From IMG/VR virus record IMGVR_UViG_3300005711_000021, positions 32,001 to 96,000 of that record: a stretch of DNA of 64,000 nucleotides; one strand, 5' to 3'. The notes beneath the pieces were generated by a model. That model searched no databases. It was not told where the DNA came from and worked only from the letters and a program-made list of their open reading frames with translations. Positions 39,231-48,847 of this stretch are shown here, piece by piece (the stretch's first letter is position 1; the number at the start of each line of letters is the position of its first letter). A program made the translations under genes and the position numbers. Origin of the DNA: a virus. Taxonomy: Duplodnaviria > Caudoviricetes.

Positions 39231-41837
39231 ATGTATCAATTAGACGAGAAATTAATGGCTGATAATAGGGCAATTATTTCTATTGCTCCTGATAAAGATC
39301 ATATTGAACCCAACCTAAAACCAGGTATGCAAGTTTTTGAAACAGAAGAAAGAGATACTTATGTTGTAGCAAGTGAAAGAAAGTATCATCGTTTAATTCA
39401 AGAAGATGCTTTTACAAATAAAGTTCATCATGACTTAACTTTTGCAGGAAATATTACTGTAGAAAAAGACCTTATTGTAAAAGGTAATTTAACAAATCTT
39501 GAAACAGAAGATTTAATGGTAAAAGATAATATCATAGAATTAAATAAAGATGAAATTGGTAATGGTATTACAAAAGGTGCTGCAGGTATCGAAATTAATC
39601 GTGGAAAAAAAGAACGTGCACGAATGCTTTTTACAGAAACAACAGATAGATTATCTACAACTGGTTTCACATTTAATCTTAATAATAAAAGTTTATTTTA
39701 TATCTATCAAGATGGAAATATTAAAACTGATGGTGATTTAAAAGTAAATAATGCTACTATATCAACTGATACATCTATAGGTAGAAACTTAACTGTAAAT
39801 GGACAATCTTCATTAAGAGGAACATTAGGCGTTGCACAAGCTACTACACTTAATAGCACACTTAATGTAAAAGGAACTTCTCTTTTAGAAGGAGCAACTT
39901 CTATAAGATCTACGTTAAATGTATTAGGTGCAACAACATTACAAAATATATTAACTGTACAAGAAACAGCTACTTTTAATAAAACATTACATACTGTTGG
40001 CGATGTTACTTTTGATTCAAATATGCTATTAAAAGGTAATGCACAAATAAATGGTACTTTAGATGTAGGTAAAACAACTAATTTAAAATCAAATTTAAAT
40101 GTTACAGGGGCAACTGTACTTAATAGCATATTAACAGTTAAAAACAATACTTCATTAGAAATGAATTTAAATGTTAAAGGGAGTACAACAATAAGTGGTA
40201 CAGCTTCTGTTACTGGTAATTTAAGTACAACAACTATTACTAATACAAATAGTATTAGAACAAAAACTTTATCAACAGTTGAATCTGCATCTATAGGTAC
40301 AACATTATCTGTAGCTGGAGCAACGACTTTAAACGGAGCGGCTAATTTAAAAAATACTTTGACTGTAGATGGAGCTACTAATTTAAAAAGCACTTTAACT
40401 GTAACTGGCAATAGTACATTAAATAATTTAATCGTAAATGATTCAGCATCAATTGCTAAAAATCTTACGGTTAGAGGGGCAACTCTTTTAGAGAATACTT
40501 TAACCGTTAATAATAAATCTACTTTTAATGATAACGTTCAAATAAAAAAAGATTTATCAGTTGATCAAACATTGACTGTAGTAGGAAATAGTAACTTCTC
40601 TAATGCTACAGCATCAGGTAATCTTACTGTAAGAGGAATAACAACACTTAATAAACTAAGTGTATCAGGAAATGCTAACTTTACAGGTCCTACAGATATT
40701 GTTAATTTAACAGCTGAAACAATAACAATGCGTTCTACAAGAAATGCTATTAAATGGTTAAACAATACTGAAACCTATATGTTATATGGAGCATCAACAA
40801 ATGAAACTGGAAAAGGTTATACATTATATGATGCATCTAAAAATGATTACAATATTGTTTTAAAAGCTGAACAAGTAGCTGGCAAAGAAAAAGGATTTGT
40901 TTTTGTAAGTGGCACAACACCTATTTTCCATATTAACCAGATAGGTGTAAGAAGTACTAATAATATCTATGTTAAAAGAAATTCTACATGGAGTCAGCTT
41001 TTAGCAAATAGTGATTCTCATAAAGCAAATCATAAAATAGGTGGTCATGACTTTTTATCTCCATCTGATATTGGAGCAGTAAAGAATACAAGAAACACAC
41101 CTGAACTTTTAACAGATGTAGAAAGTTCAAAACCTGTTGCAGGTATTAATGGTAGATTATTCTTCGCAAAAGATACAAAACGAATTTGGCAAGACTTAGG
41201 TAATGCATGGCAAATTATTGGTGGAGAACAAACAGTAAAATGGGCATCTATTATAGATAAACCATCTAACTTTACACCTACAGTTGCTTCTAAAACTGTG
41301 TTAGGTGGTGTTAAAATTGGTAAAAATATTTTAGTAGACCAAGATGGAACTATTCATGTACCAAAACAAACAATTGAGTATACTGTACATGTAGAGGAAA
41401 TTGTAGCAACTGAAAACCAAAGAACTTTTACATTAAGCAAACCATTCATGAAAGGTCAAAACCATGTTACACCACATATATACGGCAGAAGAATTCCACC
41501 TAGTGCTTATACGGAAACATCTAATAAAACAATTGTATTCAAGCAAGGCATACCAGCTGGCTCTGCGGTTGAGTTTTATGTATTAATAGTTCCTAATGAT
41601 AATATTGCAAGTTTTGTAATTAAAGTTGAGGAATTTTATGTGGCATCTGGACAAACTGACTTTGTATTATCTCAAGGCAGATACTTAGTAGGATCTAATA
41701 AGTTAAAAGTATATTTAAATGGTGCTCTTATGCCAAGATCTGCATTTACTGAAGTTGACCAATCCTTAATTAAATTAAAACAAAGTCCTGGAGCAGGAAA
41801 CCATATTATGATTGAATATACATGTATAGTATCTTAG
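39231..41837 (+). CDS. Tail fibre protein with a long 12-aa-period beta-helix repeat shaft
   Basis: VKDNIIELNK...AGIEINRG N-terminal motif. Repeats such as LNVLGATTLQNI/LTVQETATFNKT/LNVTGATVLNSI at ~39700-40720. Also WASIIDKP, ASKTVLGGVKIG and two C-terminal GQTDF...LKVYLNG-type modules. Confidence 0.75.
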   Translation: MYQLDEKLMADNRAIISIAPDKDHIEPNLKPGMQVFETEERDTYVVASERKYHRLIQEDAFTNKVHHDLTFAGNITVEKDLIVKGNLTNLETEDLMVKDNIIELNKDEIGNGITKGAAGIEINRGKKERARMLFTETTDRLSTTGFTFNLNNKSLFYIYQDGNIKTDGDLKVNNATISTDTSIGRNLTVNGQSSLRGTLGVAQATTLNSTLNVKGTSLLEGATSIRSTLNVLGATTLQNILTVQETATFNKTLHTVGDVTFDSNMLLKGNAQINGTLDVGKTTNLKSNLNVTGATVLNSILTVKNNTSLEMNLNVKGSTTISGTASVTGNLSTTTITNTNSIRTKTLSTVESASIGTTLSVAGATTLNGAANLKNTLTVDGATNLKSTLTVTGNSTLNNLIVNDSASIAKNLTVRGATLLENTLTVNNKSTFNDNVQIKKDLSVDQTLTVVGNSNFSNATASGNLTVRGITTLNKLSVSGNANFTGPTDIVNLTAETITMRSTRNAIKWLNNTETYMLYGASTNETGKGYTLYDASKNDYNIVLKAEQVAGKEKGFVFVSGTTPIFHINQIGVRSTNNIYVKRNSTWSQLLANSDSHKANHKIGGHDFLSPSDIGAVKNTRNTPELLTDVESSKPVAGINGRLFFAKDTKRIWQDLGNAWQIIGGEQTVKWASIIDKPSNFTPTVASKTVLGGVKIGKNILVDQDGTIHVPKQTIEYTVHVEEIVATENQRTFTLSKPFMKGQNHVTPHIYGRRIPPSAYTETSNKTIVFKQGIPAGSAVEFYVLIVPNDNIASFVIKVEEFYVASGQTDFVLSQGRYLVGSNKLKVYLNGALMPRSAFTEVDQSLIKLKQSPGAGNHIMIEYTCIVS
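41334..41585 (+). repeat. 252-bp direct repeat, copy 1 (84-codon domain)
   Basis: About 35 mismatches and no indels versus 42360-42611 by hand alignment. Confidence 0.9.
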
Positions 41838-41838
41838 T

Positions 41839-41868
41839 AAAAAGAACGCCCATAAAGCGTTCTTTTTT
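41839..41868 (+). terminator. Intrinsic terminator (possibly bidirectional)
   Basis: AAAAGAACGC-CCATAAA-GCGTTCTTTTTT. Confidence 0.85.
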
Positions 41869-41936
41869 ATGTAATACATCTTGTGTAGAGGTAATATGGG
41901 AATAGAAAGACTTAATAAAAAAATGAGGTGATAAAT

Positions 41937-44900
41937 GTGGCTAGAACATTTGTTGGACGTTCTTCCGAAGAATTATATAATAGCGAACTCTATAAACTGT
42001 TCGAAGTAATGCAGCACATTATTGATGAACCAGATGACCCAAATTTAGGCCCTTTAACAAGTCGTAATGGTTCTTTATGGCTAGATCGATCAGTTGGTGG
42101 AGATTTAAAATTTAAAGCAGATGGAACATGGAAAACTGTTTTTAATGATAAATTTAGAATGATTTGTGAAATACTTAGTCCAGAAGAACCTTCTGTCCCT
42201 GTATCAGGACAGCTTTGGTTAAATGATGGTATCTTAATGTATTTTTCTGGTGCTGAATGGTTGCCAGTAAAATCTGTTAATGTCGCAACAGAATTTAACT
42301 TATCTGCATTTGAACAGTTCTTAATCATTTCTCCAATTAAAGCTGCAGGTAAATTAGTTGTAGACCAAAATGGAGCTATTCATACACCAAAACAAATAGT
42401 TGAACATACTGTACATGTAGAAGAAATTATAGCAACTGAAAATCAAAGAACTTTCACGTTAAGCAAACCATTTGTAAAAGGTCAAAATCATGTTACACCA
42501 TATATATATGGTAGAAAAATTCCACCTTCTGCTTATACAGAACTATCTAATAAAACAATTGTATTTGAAAAAGGTATACCAGCTGGTTCTGTAGTTGAAT
42601 TTTATGTATTAAATGTGAGTTCAATTCAAAACCCTTATAAAGAAGAAGTTTTTAAAGTAACTGATCCAGTTATAACATATACATTACAAAGTGGTAAATA
42701 CTATCTTAATACAAACTCAATTAGTGTTTATGTAGATGGTAGAAAGCTTCCTCGTTCATTCTATAAAGAAGTAGATGAATCAAATGTGAAGATTATAAAA
42801 ACAGATGACTTAGAAACATCTTCTGCAAAAAAACATACAGTTACAATAGAATATGTTAACAAAGAAGCATATGATAAGCAAGAGACTTCTGATGCTAATG
42901 GCCTTGTACCTTCAGAAACAAATACTCAATTCTTACTTCCAAGTGTAGAATTAGATAGATTCTTTATAAATGGTATGCATACACATGATTATACTGAAGT
43001 AAGTGATGTGGCAATTGAATATCCTACTGCTGGACTTCAAGGTAAGTTTGCTTCTGCTATTCATGTTAATCCTAAGAAATTAACAAACATAAAAAAACGT
43101 TTATTTAAAATCAATCCTAGTAATCCTATTATTCCAGTAACAGAAACTAATACAGAGTTTTATGGTATTGAAGGCGGAATAGGAAAACTCTTATTAAAAG
43201 CTAAAGATTGTGCAGAATATACTTCTGTTCCTATAGGTATAAGATTATCAGAAGAAGCTATTAAAAAATATGATTTTATTGAAACAATTACTTACGAATT
43301 TAAAAACGTAAAAGGTACTGGTACGATGGTAAAAGGTAAAGTGCATTTATCAGAAACAACAAGTATTTATGTTGGCGATATTTCTGATGAATTATGTGTC
43401 TTTACTCAAGGACTTTATTTAGATGATCATAAAGATAATTATGTTTACGAAGATGGATTCATTAAATTAAAAATGGATAGTAAAATGGATGTTGGTGTAA
43501 TCGCATTTCCAAAAAAAGAAATCGGGACCATTACTTCTTTAAATGATAAAAAAGAAGGTATCATTCATATTAATAAAACATATAAGCGTTCATTAGTATT
43601 TGTATATGGTGAAAACTTAGATTGGTCTGTAGCAGATTATACATTTGATAAAACTAATAAAAATATTATCTATGTTAAAGATGCGAAAGTTGGTATGAAA
43701 TTTGCAGTTGTAGAAACACATGCAGATGACCCAAATGAAGAAATGTATGTTTCATCAGGTATTATTAAAAAAGATCCTGATACTCAAGATACATATATTA
43801 ATATTCCACCTGGTTCAATTTCAGAACAAGATAATGTTATTCTATTTGTTAACGGTCTTTTAATCATGAAAAAAGACGTTATGGTAGATACAGCTAATAA
43901 TCGTATTGAAGTGGCTGGTGGCTTAGAAGAAGGTCTTAGCTACATGCTATTAAAAGATTCATCTGGACGATTTGTTTTCTCAGACTATGTAAGCTTTAAT
44001 ACGATTCCATTAAATCATTTTTCAGATGCAACTTTAGTTTATATTGGAAACCAATTAGCAACAGATGGAAGAGCTGTTTATACTTCTAGACTTCCTGAGA
44101 GAGGTTATGAAGGAGAAATAAAACAACTACTTACAAATGATTCTTCAGATTGGTATTATTATGACAGCATAAATGGTTGGATAATGATTACTGAAGAATC
44201 GGAAATTGACTTATTAAATGCAACTGCATCAAGTTATATATCTGATGAGTATTCGATTAATATTTTACAAAACTTTGGTAAAAAAGAATGTGTTTATTAT
44301 TCATATCAATATGCTAATTCAGTTGAACAACCTTTACGAAGAGGTGTAATAAAATCATTAGAAACAAAGGACGAATATCGTACAGCATTTAATCATGTAT
44401 TCCCTGCTAATAGAAATGCTTTATCTGTTTGGCAAAATGGATTAAGACAATATCCAGACACAACAGGTGATCCAGAAAACTTCAATGGTGTATTTGAAGT
44501 AGGTAATTCATCATTTAAAATGCCTAATCCAATTGACGGTATTATATTCTATGTTGTTGAAAAACCAGAAGGTAATGAAGCTAAATCTTGTGAAAGACAA
44601 GTCTTAACTTATAAAGATGTTATTGAAGGAACAACTAATATCTTTAAAACAGATATTTCTTTATATCCTGGAAATGTTAGAGTCTTTGTATCAGGACTTA
44701 GACAACCAGAATCAGCTTTTAAAATCATAGATAATTATCGCATTATGATAAAAGATGAAATACTTGCTTATCCTAGTAACTTCCCTAAAGAAACAATTAA
44801 ATTAGATGATGGTAGTTTAATTGAAATAGAACATAAATATCCAGATTCTATTCTTATAGAAGTAAGACAAGATTATGGATTAAAAGAAGTAACTTTACCT

Positions 44901-45239
44901 ATTCGTTATGCTGGCCAAAATGAATGGTCTGTTGCAGCAAAAGATAGTGATGATATTACAAAAGGTGGAGATGGTTTACCTGAGTCTATAATAGATTCTA
45001 AAGATCTTATTATGATTTATATAAATGGTTTAGCTTATGGTAAAGATTATAAGATAGATAAAGATCAACAAAAAATCATATTAACAAATGAAACAATTAC
45101 TTCTACTTTTGGGGTAGATCCTTTAGAAGAATTCTTTAGATCAAATCCAGATGAGTATGAAGCATGGCGTATTCAAAATGGTGGAAAAGAATACGTAGCA
45201 AAAGAAATAAAAGACACCATAACTTTTGAATGGAGGTAA
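41937..45239 (+). CDS. Putative tail/baseplate structural protein with repeated beta-sandwich modules
   Basis: GTG 41937 after GAGGTG (track start 41928). GSLWLD/GQLWLN motifs and repeated xxVxVxGxxQ modules (ISVYVDG, ILFVNG, LSVWQNGLRQ, VRVFVSGLRQ, MIYINGL). Confidence 0.55.
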   Translation: MARTFVGRSSEELYNSELYKLFEVMQHIIDEPDDPNLGPLTSRNGSLWLDRSVGGDLKFKADGTWKTVFNDKFRMICEILSPEEPSVPVSGQLWLNDGILMYFSGAEWLPVKSVNVATEFNLSAFEQFLIISPIKAAGKLVVDQNGAIHTPKQIVEHTVHVEEIIATENQRTFTLSKPFVKGQNHVTPYIYGRKIPPSAYTELSNKTIVFEKGIPAGSVVEFYVLNVSSIQNPYKEEVFKVTDPVITYTLQSGKYYLNTNSISVYVDGRKLPRSFYKEVDESNVKIIKTDDLETSSAKKHTVTIEYVNKEAYDKQETSDANGLVPSETNTQFLLPSVELDRFFINGMHTHDYTEVSDVAIEYPTAGLQGKFASAIHVNPKKLTNIKKRLFKINPSNPIIPVTETNTEFYGIEGGIGKLLLKAKDCAEYTSVPIGIRLSEEAIKKYDFIETITYEFKNVKGTGTMVKGKVHLSETTSIYVGDISDELCVFTQGLYLDDHKDNYVYEDGFIKLKMDSKMDVGVIAFPKKEIGTITSLNDKKEGIIHINKTYKRSLVFVYGENLDWSVADYTFDKTNKNIIYVKDAKVGMKFAVVETHADDPNEEMYVSSGIIKKDPDTQDTYINIPPGSISEQDNVILFVNGLLIMKKDVMVDTANNRIEVAGGLEEGLSYMLLKDSSGRFVFSDYVSFNTIPLNHFSDATLVYIGNQLATDGRAVYTSRLPERGYEGEIKQLLTNDSSDWYYYDSINGWIMITEESEIDLLNATASSYISDEYSINILQNFGKKECVYYSYQYANSVEQPLRRGVIKSLETKDEYRTAFNHVFPANRNALSVWQNGLRQYPDTTGDPENFNGVFEVGNSSFKMPNPIDGIIFYVVEKPEGNEAKSCERQVLTYKDVIEGTTNIFKTDISLYPGNVRVFVSGLRQPESAFKIIDNYRIMIKDEILAYPSNFPKETIKLDDGSLIEIEHKYPDSILIEVRQDYGLKEVTLPIRYAGQNEWSVAAKDSDDITKGGDGLPESIIDSKDLIMIYINGLAYGKDYKIDKDQQKIILTNETITSTFGVDPLEEFFRSNPDEYEAWRIQNGGKEYVAKEIKDTITFEWR
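42360..42611 (+). repeat. 252-bp direct repeat, copy 2
   Basis: Encodes VDQNGAIHTPKQ...VEFYVL, matching VDQDGTIHVPKQ...VEFYVL at 41334-41585. Confidence 0.9.
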
Positions 45240-45246
45240 ATTAATA

Positions 45247-47286
45247 ATGAGTAAACAATTTTCAAATTTCCCATCAACAAAAATGCTTCCTATGGAAGAT
45301 ATTGCTAATGAATTAAGAATCATTCATAAATTTGCATCAGCTGAACAGAAGGCAATCGATACAGAATCTGTAGCAGGTGTTCCTTCATCTAATATCGCAA
45401 TCATTGCAACAGATGAATATGGTAGTCCATTACAATATCGTAATGATAAAGAAGTTTATATCGATGAAAGAGAAACTGTAAAGAATGCATTATATCTTGA
45501 TGGTAAAAAAGCAAATGAATATTTAACAAAAACAGAAGGTGCGGCTATTCAAAACTTTGGTGCGAACGTAGCCAAAACTTATGCAGATGAATTTGCAGCA
45601 CTTCGTGATGAACTTTATCAATTAAGAGGAGAACTTACTAGAAATGGCTTTGTAAATGAATATGGTTTATATTCAGGATTCCAAGACTTCTTTAGAACAA
45701 GTAATAAAAAATACTTACATAATAGATATTCTAAAAATGGAGAAGTAATAGAAACAATCGAGCTTTGTGGTTTATCTCCTAACTTTGTTAATAGCACAAA
45801 TGTAAATAAAATAATTCCATCTCAAATTGGTGTTATTAAAAAAGGTGACTGGTTCATGATTAGTAAAACAGATACAGATGAACATTATCTTGTAAAAGCA
45901 ACTAATGTAGAACTTCTTTCTACTGAAGAAGAAGTTACATTTGAAAGTTCAATTTCTGTTGAAGGCATTCCTAGTATAGATAACCCTACAGCTGTTGTTA
46001 TCACAAAAGTTCATGGAGATTATTATAACGGAACATTTTCATTCTCAAAAGTTGAAGATTATACTTTAACTAATAAAGAACGTTATACAATGCTTAATGA
46101 TGATAGTGACACTAAGATGGAAAAAATATTAGATAACCATACAGGATACGCTACTCAATTTAGAGTGCCTAAATTAAATACTGGTGCTTTAAAAAACTTT
46201 ACAGTAATGTCACGTATTACAGGTTCTCCAGGAGCACTTACTTGTTACATTATTGATAAAGATAAGGCAAATAATATTTTAAATCTTAGTTTAGAAGAAG
46301 TAGGTGAGGATAAAGGATTAGTTGCAAAATCTAAACCTATATCTTGCTTACAATCTTCTACTGTTAATATCACAGAGATTGAATTTGATTTTAGAGATCC
46401 TATCACAGATAAATATCCTATCTTAGCTGGTGGTAAAGATTATAGATTTGTTATCGTAGCAGAAAAAGCATCAGGAACTGACTTTTGGGAACTACAATTT
46501 TCTAAGAATGCTTCTAATGAATTAAATCCTGATGTACAAACTAATAACATAACATATACTTATTTACAAGGTTCAGGATTCACTCAAAAAGATGAAATAG
46601 GAGATTTAATCTTTATTCTTGCTACTATTGTTGTTAAAGAGAATTCTGAAACACCAAGAACAAACGGTATCTATACAAGTAAGAAAATTTCTGTGCCAAA
46701 TAATAGTTCATTAGCAAGAGCTAGATTAACTATGAGAATTAATAGAGAAGGTCTTTTCACAGCTGATACAAAAGGTATTGTAAATGATGGTGGTGTAATA
46801 AAAGTAAAAACAACTGGTATAAATCCAGACAATCTAGGTATTAAAGCTAATGACACTATTGTAATCGGTAATCAAATTAGACAATCAATGATTGATGTTA
46901 ATGGAAAAATTATTGGTATAGATAAAGCATTATTAGTTGAAGAAGGTGCCCCTGTATATAAAGTTGGATACAAAGCTTATTTAAGAGCTATTAAAAATGA
47001 ATGGGTAACTGGTTCTAGTCCAAGATACGAAATTAAAAGTGATATTTGTCTCCCTATGGAATTAAAAGCAGTTATGTTAGATGACCAAAAACTTAGCGAA
47101 AATCATTCAGACAGATTAATATTTGAATGTGAATTTAGAGATGAACATCAATTACCAATCGATGCGAATGAATTCCAATTACAAATTGTATGGCAATCAC
47201 ATTTATCTCAAAGTGAAATTATAGCAAATGATGCATATACAGGTCGTATCTATGACTTAACATTATCATTTGATAGAACACTTTAA
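45247..47286 (+). CDS. Putative virion structural protein
   Basis: ATG 45247 after GGAGG (track start 45226). NALYLDGKKANEY motif, a short coiled coil, then beta-rich domains. Confidence 0.5.
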   Translation: MSKQFSNFPSTKMLPMEDIANELRIIHKFASAEQKAIDTESVAGVPSSNIAIIATDEYGSPLQYRNDKEVYIDERETVKNALYLDGKKANEYLTKTEGAAIQNFGANVAKTYADEFAALRDELYQLRGELTRNGFVNEYGLYSGFQDFFRTSNKKYLHNRYSKNGEVIETIELCGLSPNFVNSTNVNKIIPSQIGVIKKGDWFMISKTDTDEHYLVKATNVELLSTEEEVTFESSISVEGIPSIDNPTAVVITKVHGDYYNGTFSFSKVEDYTLTNKERYTMLNDDSDTKMEKILDNHTGYATQFRVPKLNTGALKNFTVMSRITGSPGALTCYIIDKDKANNILNLSLEEVGEDKGLVAKSKPISCLQSSTVNITEIEFDFRDPITDKYPILAGGKDYRFVIVAEKASGTDFWELQFSKNASNELNPDVQTNNITYTYLQGSGFTQKDEIGDLIFILATIVVKENSETPRTNGIYTSKKISVPNNSSLARARLTMRINREGLFTADTKGIVNDGGVIKVKTTGINPDNLGIKANDTIVIGNQIRQSMIDVNGKIIGIDKALLVEEGAPVYKVGYKAYLRAIKNEWVTGSSPRYEIKSDICLPMELKAVMLDDQKLSENHSDRLIFECEFRDEHQLPIDANEFQLQIVWQSHLSQSEIIANDAYTGRIYDLTLSFDRTL

Positions 47287-47378
47287 TATAAGTAACGGGC
47301 ACACACTACATGGAGCACAATGCTTAAGCTAGAATGGAATTATGGATAGTCACTGTGCCCTTATTTATATTATTTTTT
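47284..47378 (+). other. Intergenic ~89-nt hairpin element with ~19-20-bp terminal inverted repeats (structured RNA, terminator or MITE-like)
   Basis: TAATATAAGTAACGGGCACA (47284-47303) is complementary to TGTGCCCTTATTTATATTA (47354-47372) with one G-U pair and one bulge. Inner ACTA/TAGT, CATG/TATG and GAGCA/TGCTT pairings. T tract follows. Confidence 0.5.
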
Positions 47379-47392
47379 ATGGAGGTGTAACA

Positions 47393-48766
47393 ATGGCAGA
47401 AGGTATTCGTAAGATAAACGAATTCGTCATGGGAGCAGGTAGAACCATTATTATTACGGATGAAAAAAATAATTATTCAAGTTTTTCTCCAGGAACACTT
47501 TTTATCAACTCTAACGGTGACGTAAAAGTAAAAAAGAATAACCAACCTGATTGGGCTAATCTAACGCCAGCAAATTTATTTACAAATAAATCTATTTCGT
47601 ATAATTTTATAGCTGATAAAACACTTACAAATCAACAAATCGCTAACAATACAATTATCAATGATAATATTAAGGATTCAGAAATTAATACGAACAAAAT
47701 TGCTAATAGTGCAATCACTTCAGCAAAACTAGCAACTAATAGTGTTATTAATGATAAGATTCTAGATAATACTATTGCAAATAGTAAGTTAGCAAATAAA
47801 ACGATTCAAGGGAATAAGATTGCTAATTTAACTATTTCAACAGATCATTTAGCGAATGGATGTGTTACTTCAGATAAACTTGCAACGAATGCTGTTAAAG
47901 CAAATATTATTGAAGATAGAAGTATTACTGGTATTAAAATTGCATTAGGAAATATTAATGATGAACATTTTGCAGATAAAGCTGTTCATACAGCTAAAAT
48001 TGCTGATGGTGCAGTCACAAATATAAAAATAGAATATGGTGCCATTACAGAAGAAAAACTTGCACGGAATTCTGTAACTAAAGATAAAATAGCATTTGGT
48101 GCTGTTTCAGGTGATAAACTTGGATGGCAATCTGTATCAACTGATAAGATTGCAAACAATGCAGTATCTACTGATAAAATAGTTAATGGTGCAATTACAG
48201 GTGATAAACTAGGGGATTATCAAATTAGTACTGCTAAACTTCACCCTTCTTTAACTCAAGCTATTAATTCATCAATCAAATTAGATTCAACAGGTACAGC
48301 AACTGTTTTTGGTACTTTAAAAGTAACTAATAATATAAATTGTGATGGTGTTATTACTGCACATAAAGTTTATAATGCAGTATGGAATGATTTAGCTGAA
48401 GGTTATATTCCAGGTGAAACATTAGAACCAGGTACTATTGTAGAAATAAGAGAAGATGGAAAAGTATATAAGGCTTCTGCTTTATCTAAATCTATAGTAG
48501 GTGTTATTTCTAATGAATATGCAGCATGTTATGGTGCAACTCAAGAAGAAATTAAATCTGGTGAAAAAGTAGCAGTAGGTTTAATTGGGAAAGTTCATGT
48601 TTATGTAAATGGACCTATTTCTGTTGGTGATCGTATTGTTGCAAATGAAAATGGTATTGGTATTGCAAGTACATGTAATGCTTCAAGTGGCATAGTTGGA
48701 AAAGCAATAGAGACATCTAAAAAATCAGGAATACATAAAGTATTATGTTTAATATATCCTAATTAA
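47393..48766 (+). CDS. Tail fibre-like protein with 10-aa (WIAG-tail-type) repeats and a C-terminal chaperone/peptidase G2-like domain
   Basis: ATG 47393 after GGAGG (track start 47342). Decapeptide repeats IANSAITSAK/LATNSVINDK/IADGAVTNIK. C-terminal VYNAVWNDLAE...VGVIS...VGLIGKVHV...GDRIV...IVGKAIE. Confidence 0.7.
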   Translation: MAEGIRKINEFVMGAGRTIIITDEKNNYSSFSPGTLFINSNGDVKVKKNNQPDWANLTPANLFTNKSISYNFIADKTLTNQQIANNTIINDNIKDSEINTNKIANSAITSAKLATNSVINDKILDNTIANSKLANKTIQGNKIANLTISTDHLANGCVTSDKLATNAVKANIIEDRSITGIKIALGNINDEHFADKAVHTAKIADGAVTNIKIEYGAITEEKLARNSVTKDKIAFGAVSGDKLGWQSVSTDKIANNAVSTDKIVNGAITGDKLGDYQISTAKLHPSLTQAINSSIKLDSTGTATVFGTLKVTNNINCDGVITAHKVYNAVWNDLAEGYIPGETLEPGTIVEIREDGKVYKASALSKSIVGVISNEYAACYGATQEEIKSGEKVAVGLIGKVHVYVNGPISVGDRIVANENGIGIASTCNASSGIVGKAIETSKKSGIHKVLCLIYPN

Positions 48767-48768
48767 TT

Positions 48769-48795
48769 AAAAGCAGATAATATCTGCTTTTTTTT
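48769..48795 (+). terminator. Intrinsic terminator
   Basis: AAAAGCAGATA-A-TATCTGCTTTTTTTT inverted repeat with T tract. Confidence 0.8.
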
Positions 48796-48847
48796 GTGGT
48801 ATTATAAAAGAAGAGGTGATTAAATAGTTAAAGAAAGGTGATGGAAA

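Noticed and set aside
41334-42611. Diversity-generating retroelement TR/VR pair
   Set aside because: Mismatches are not adenine-specific (many C/T synonymous changes in both directions), both copies are inside coding genes, and no reverse transcriptase is present in the window.
47284-47378. Known self-cleaving ribozyme or tRNA
   Set aside because: No hammerhead CUGAnGA/GAAA core and no tRNA T-loop. A TGCTTAAGC resemblance to pistol ribozymes is too short to support. Kept only as an unclassified structured element.
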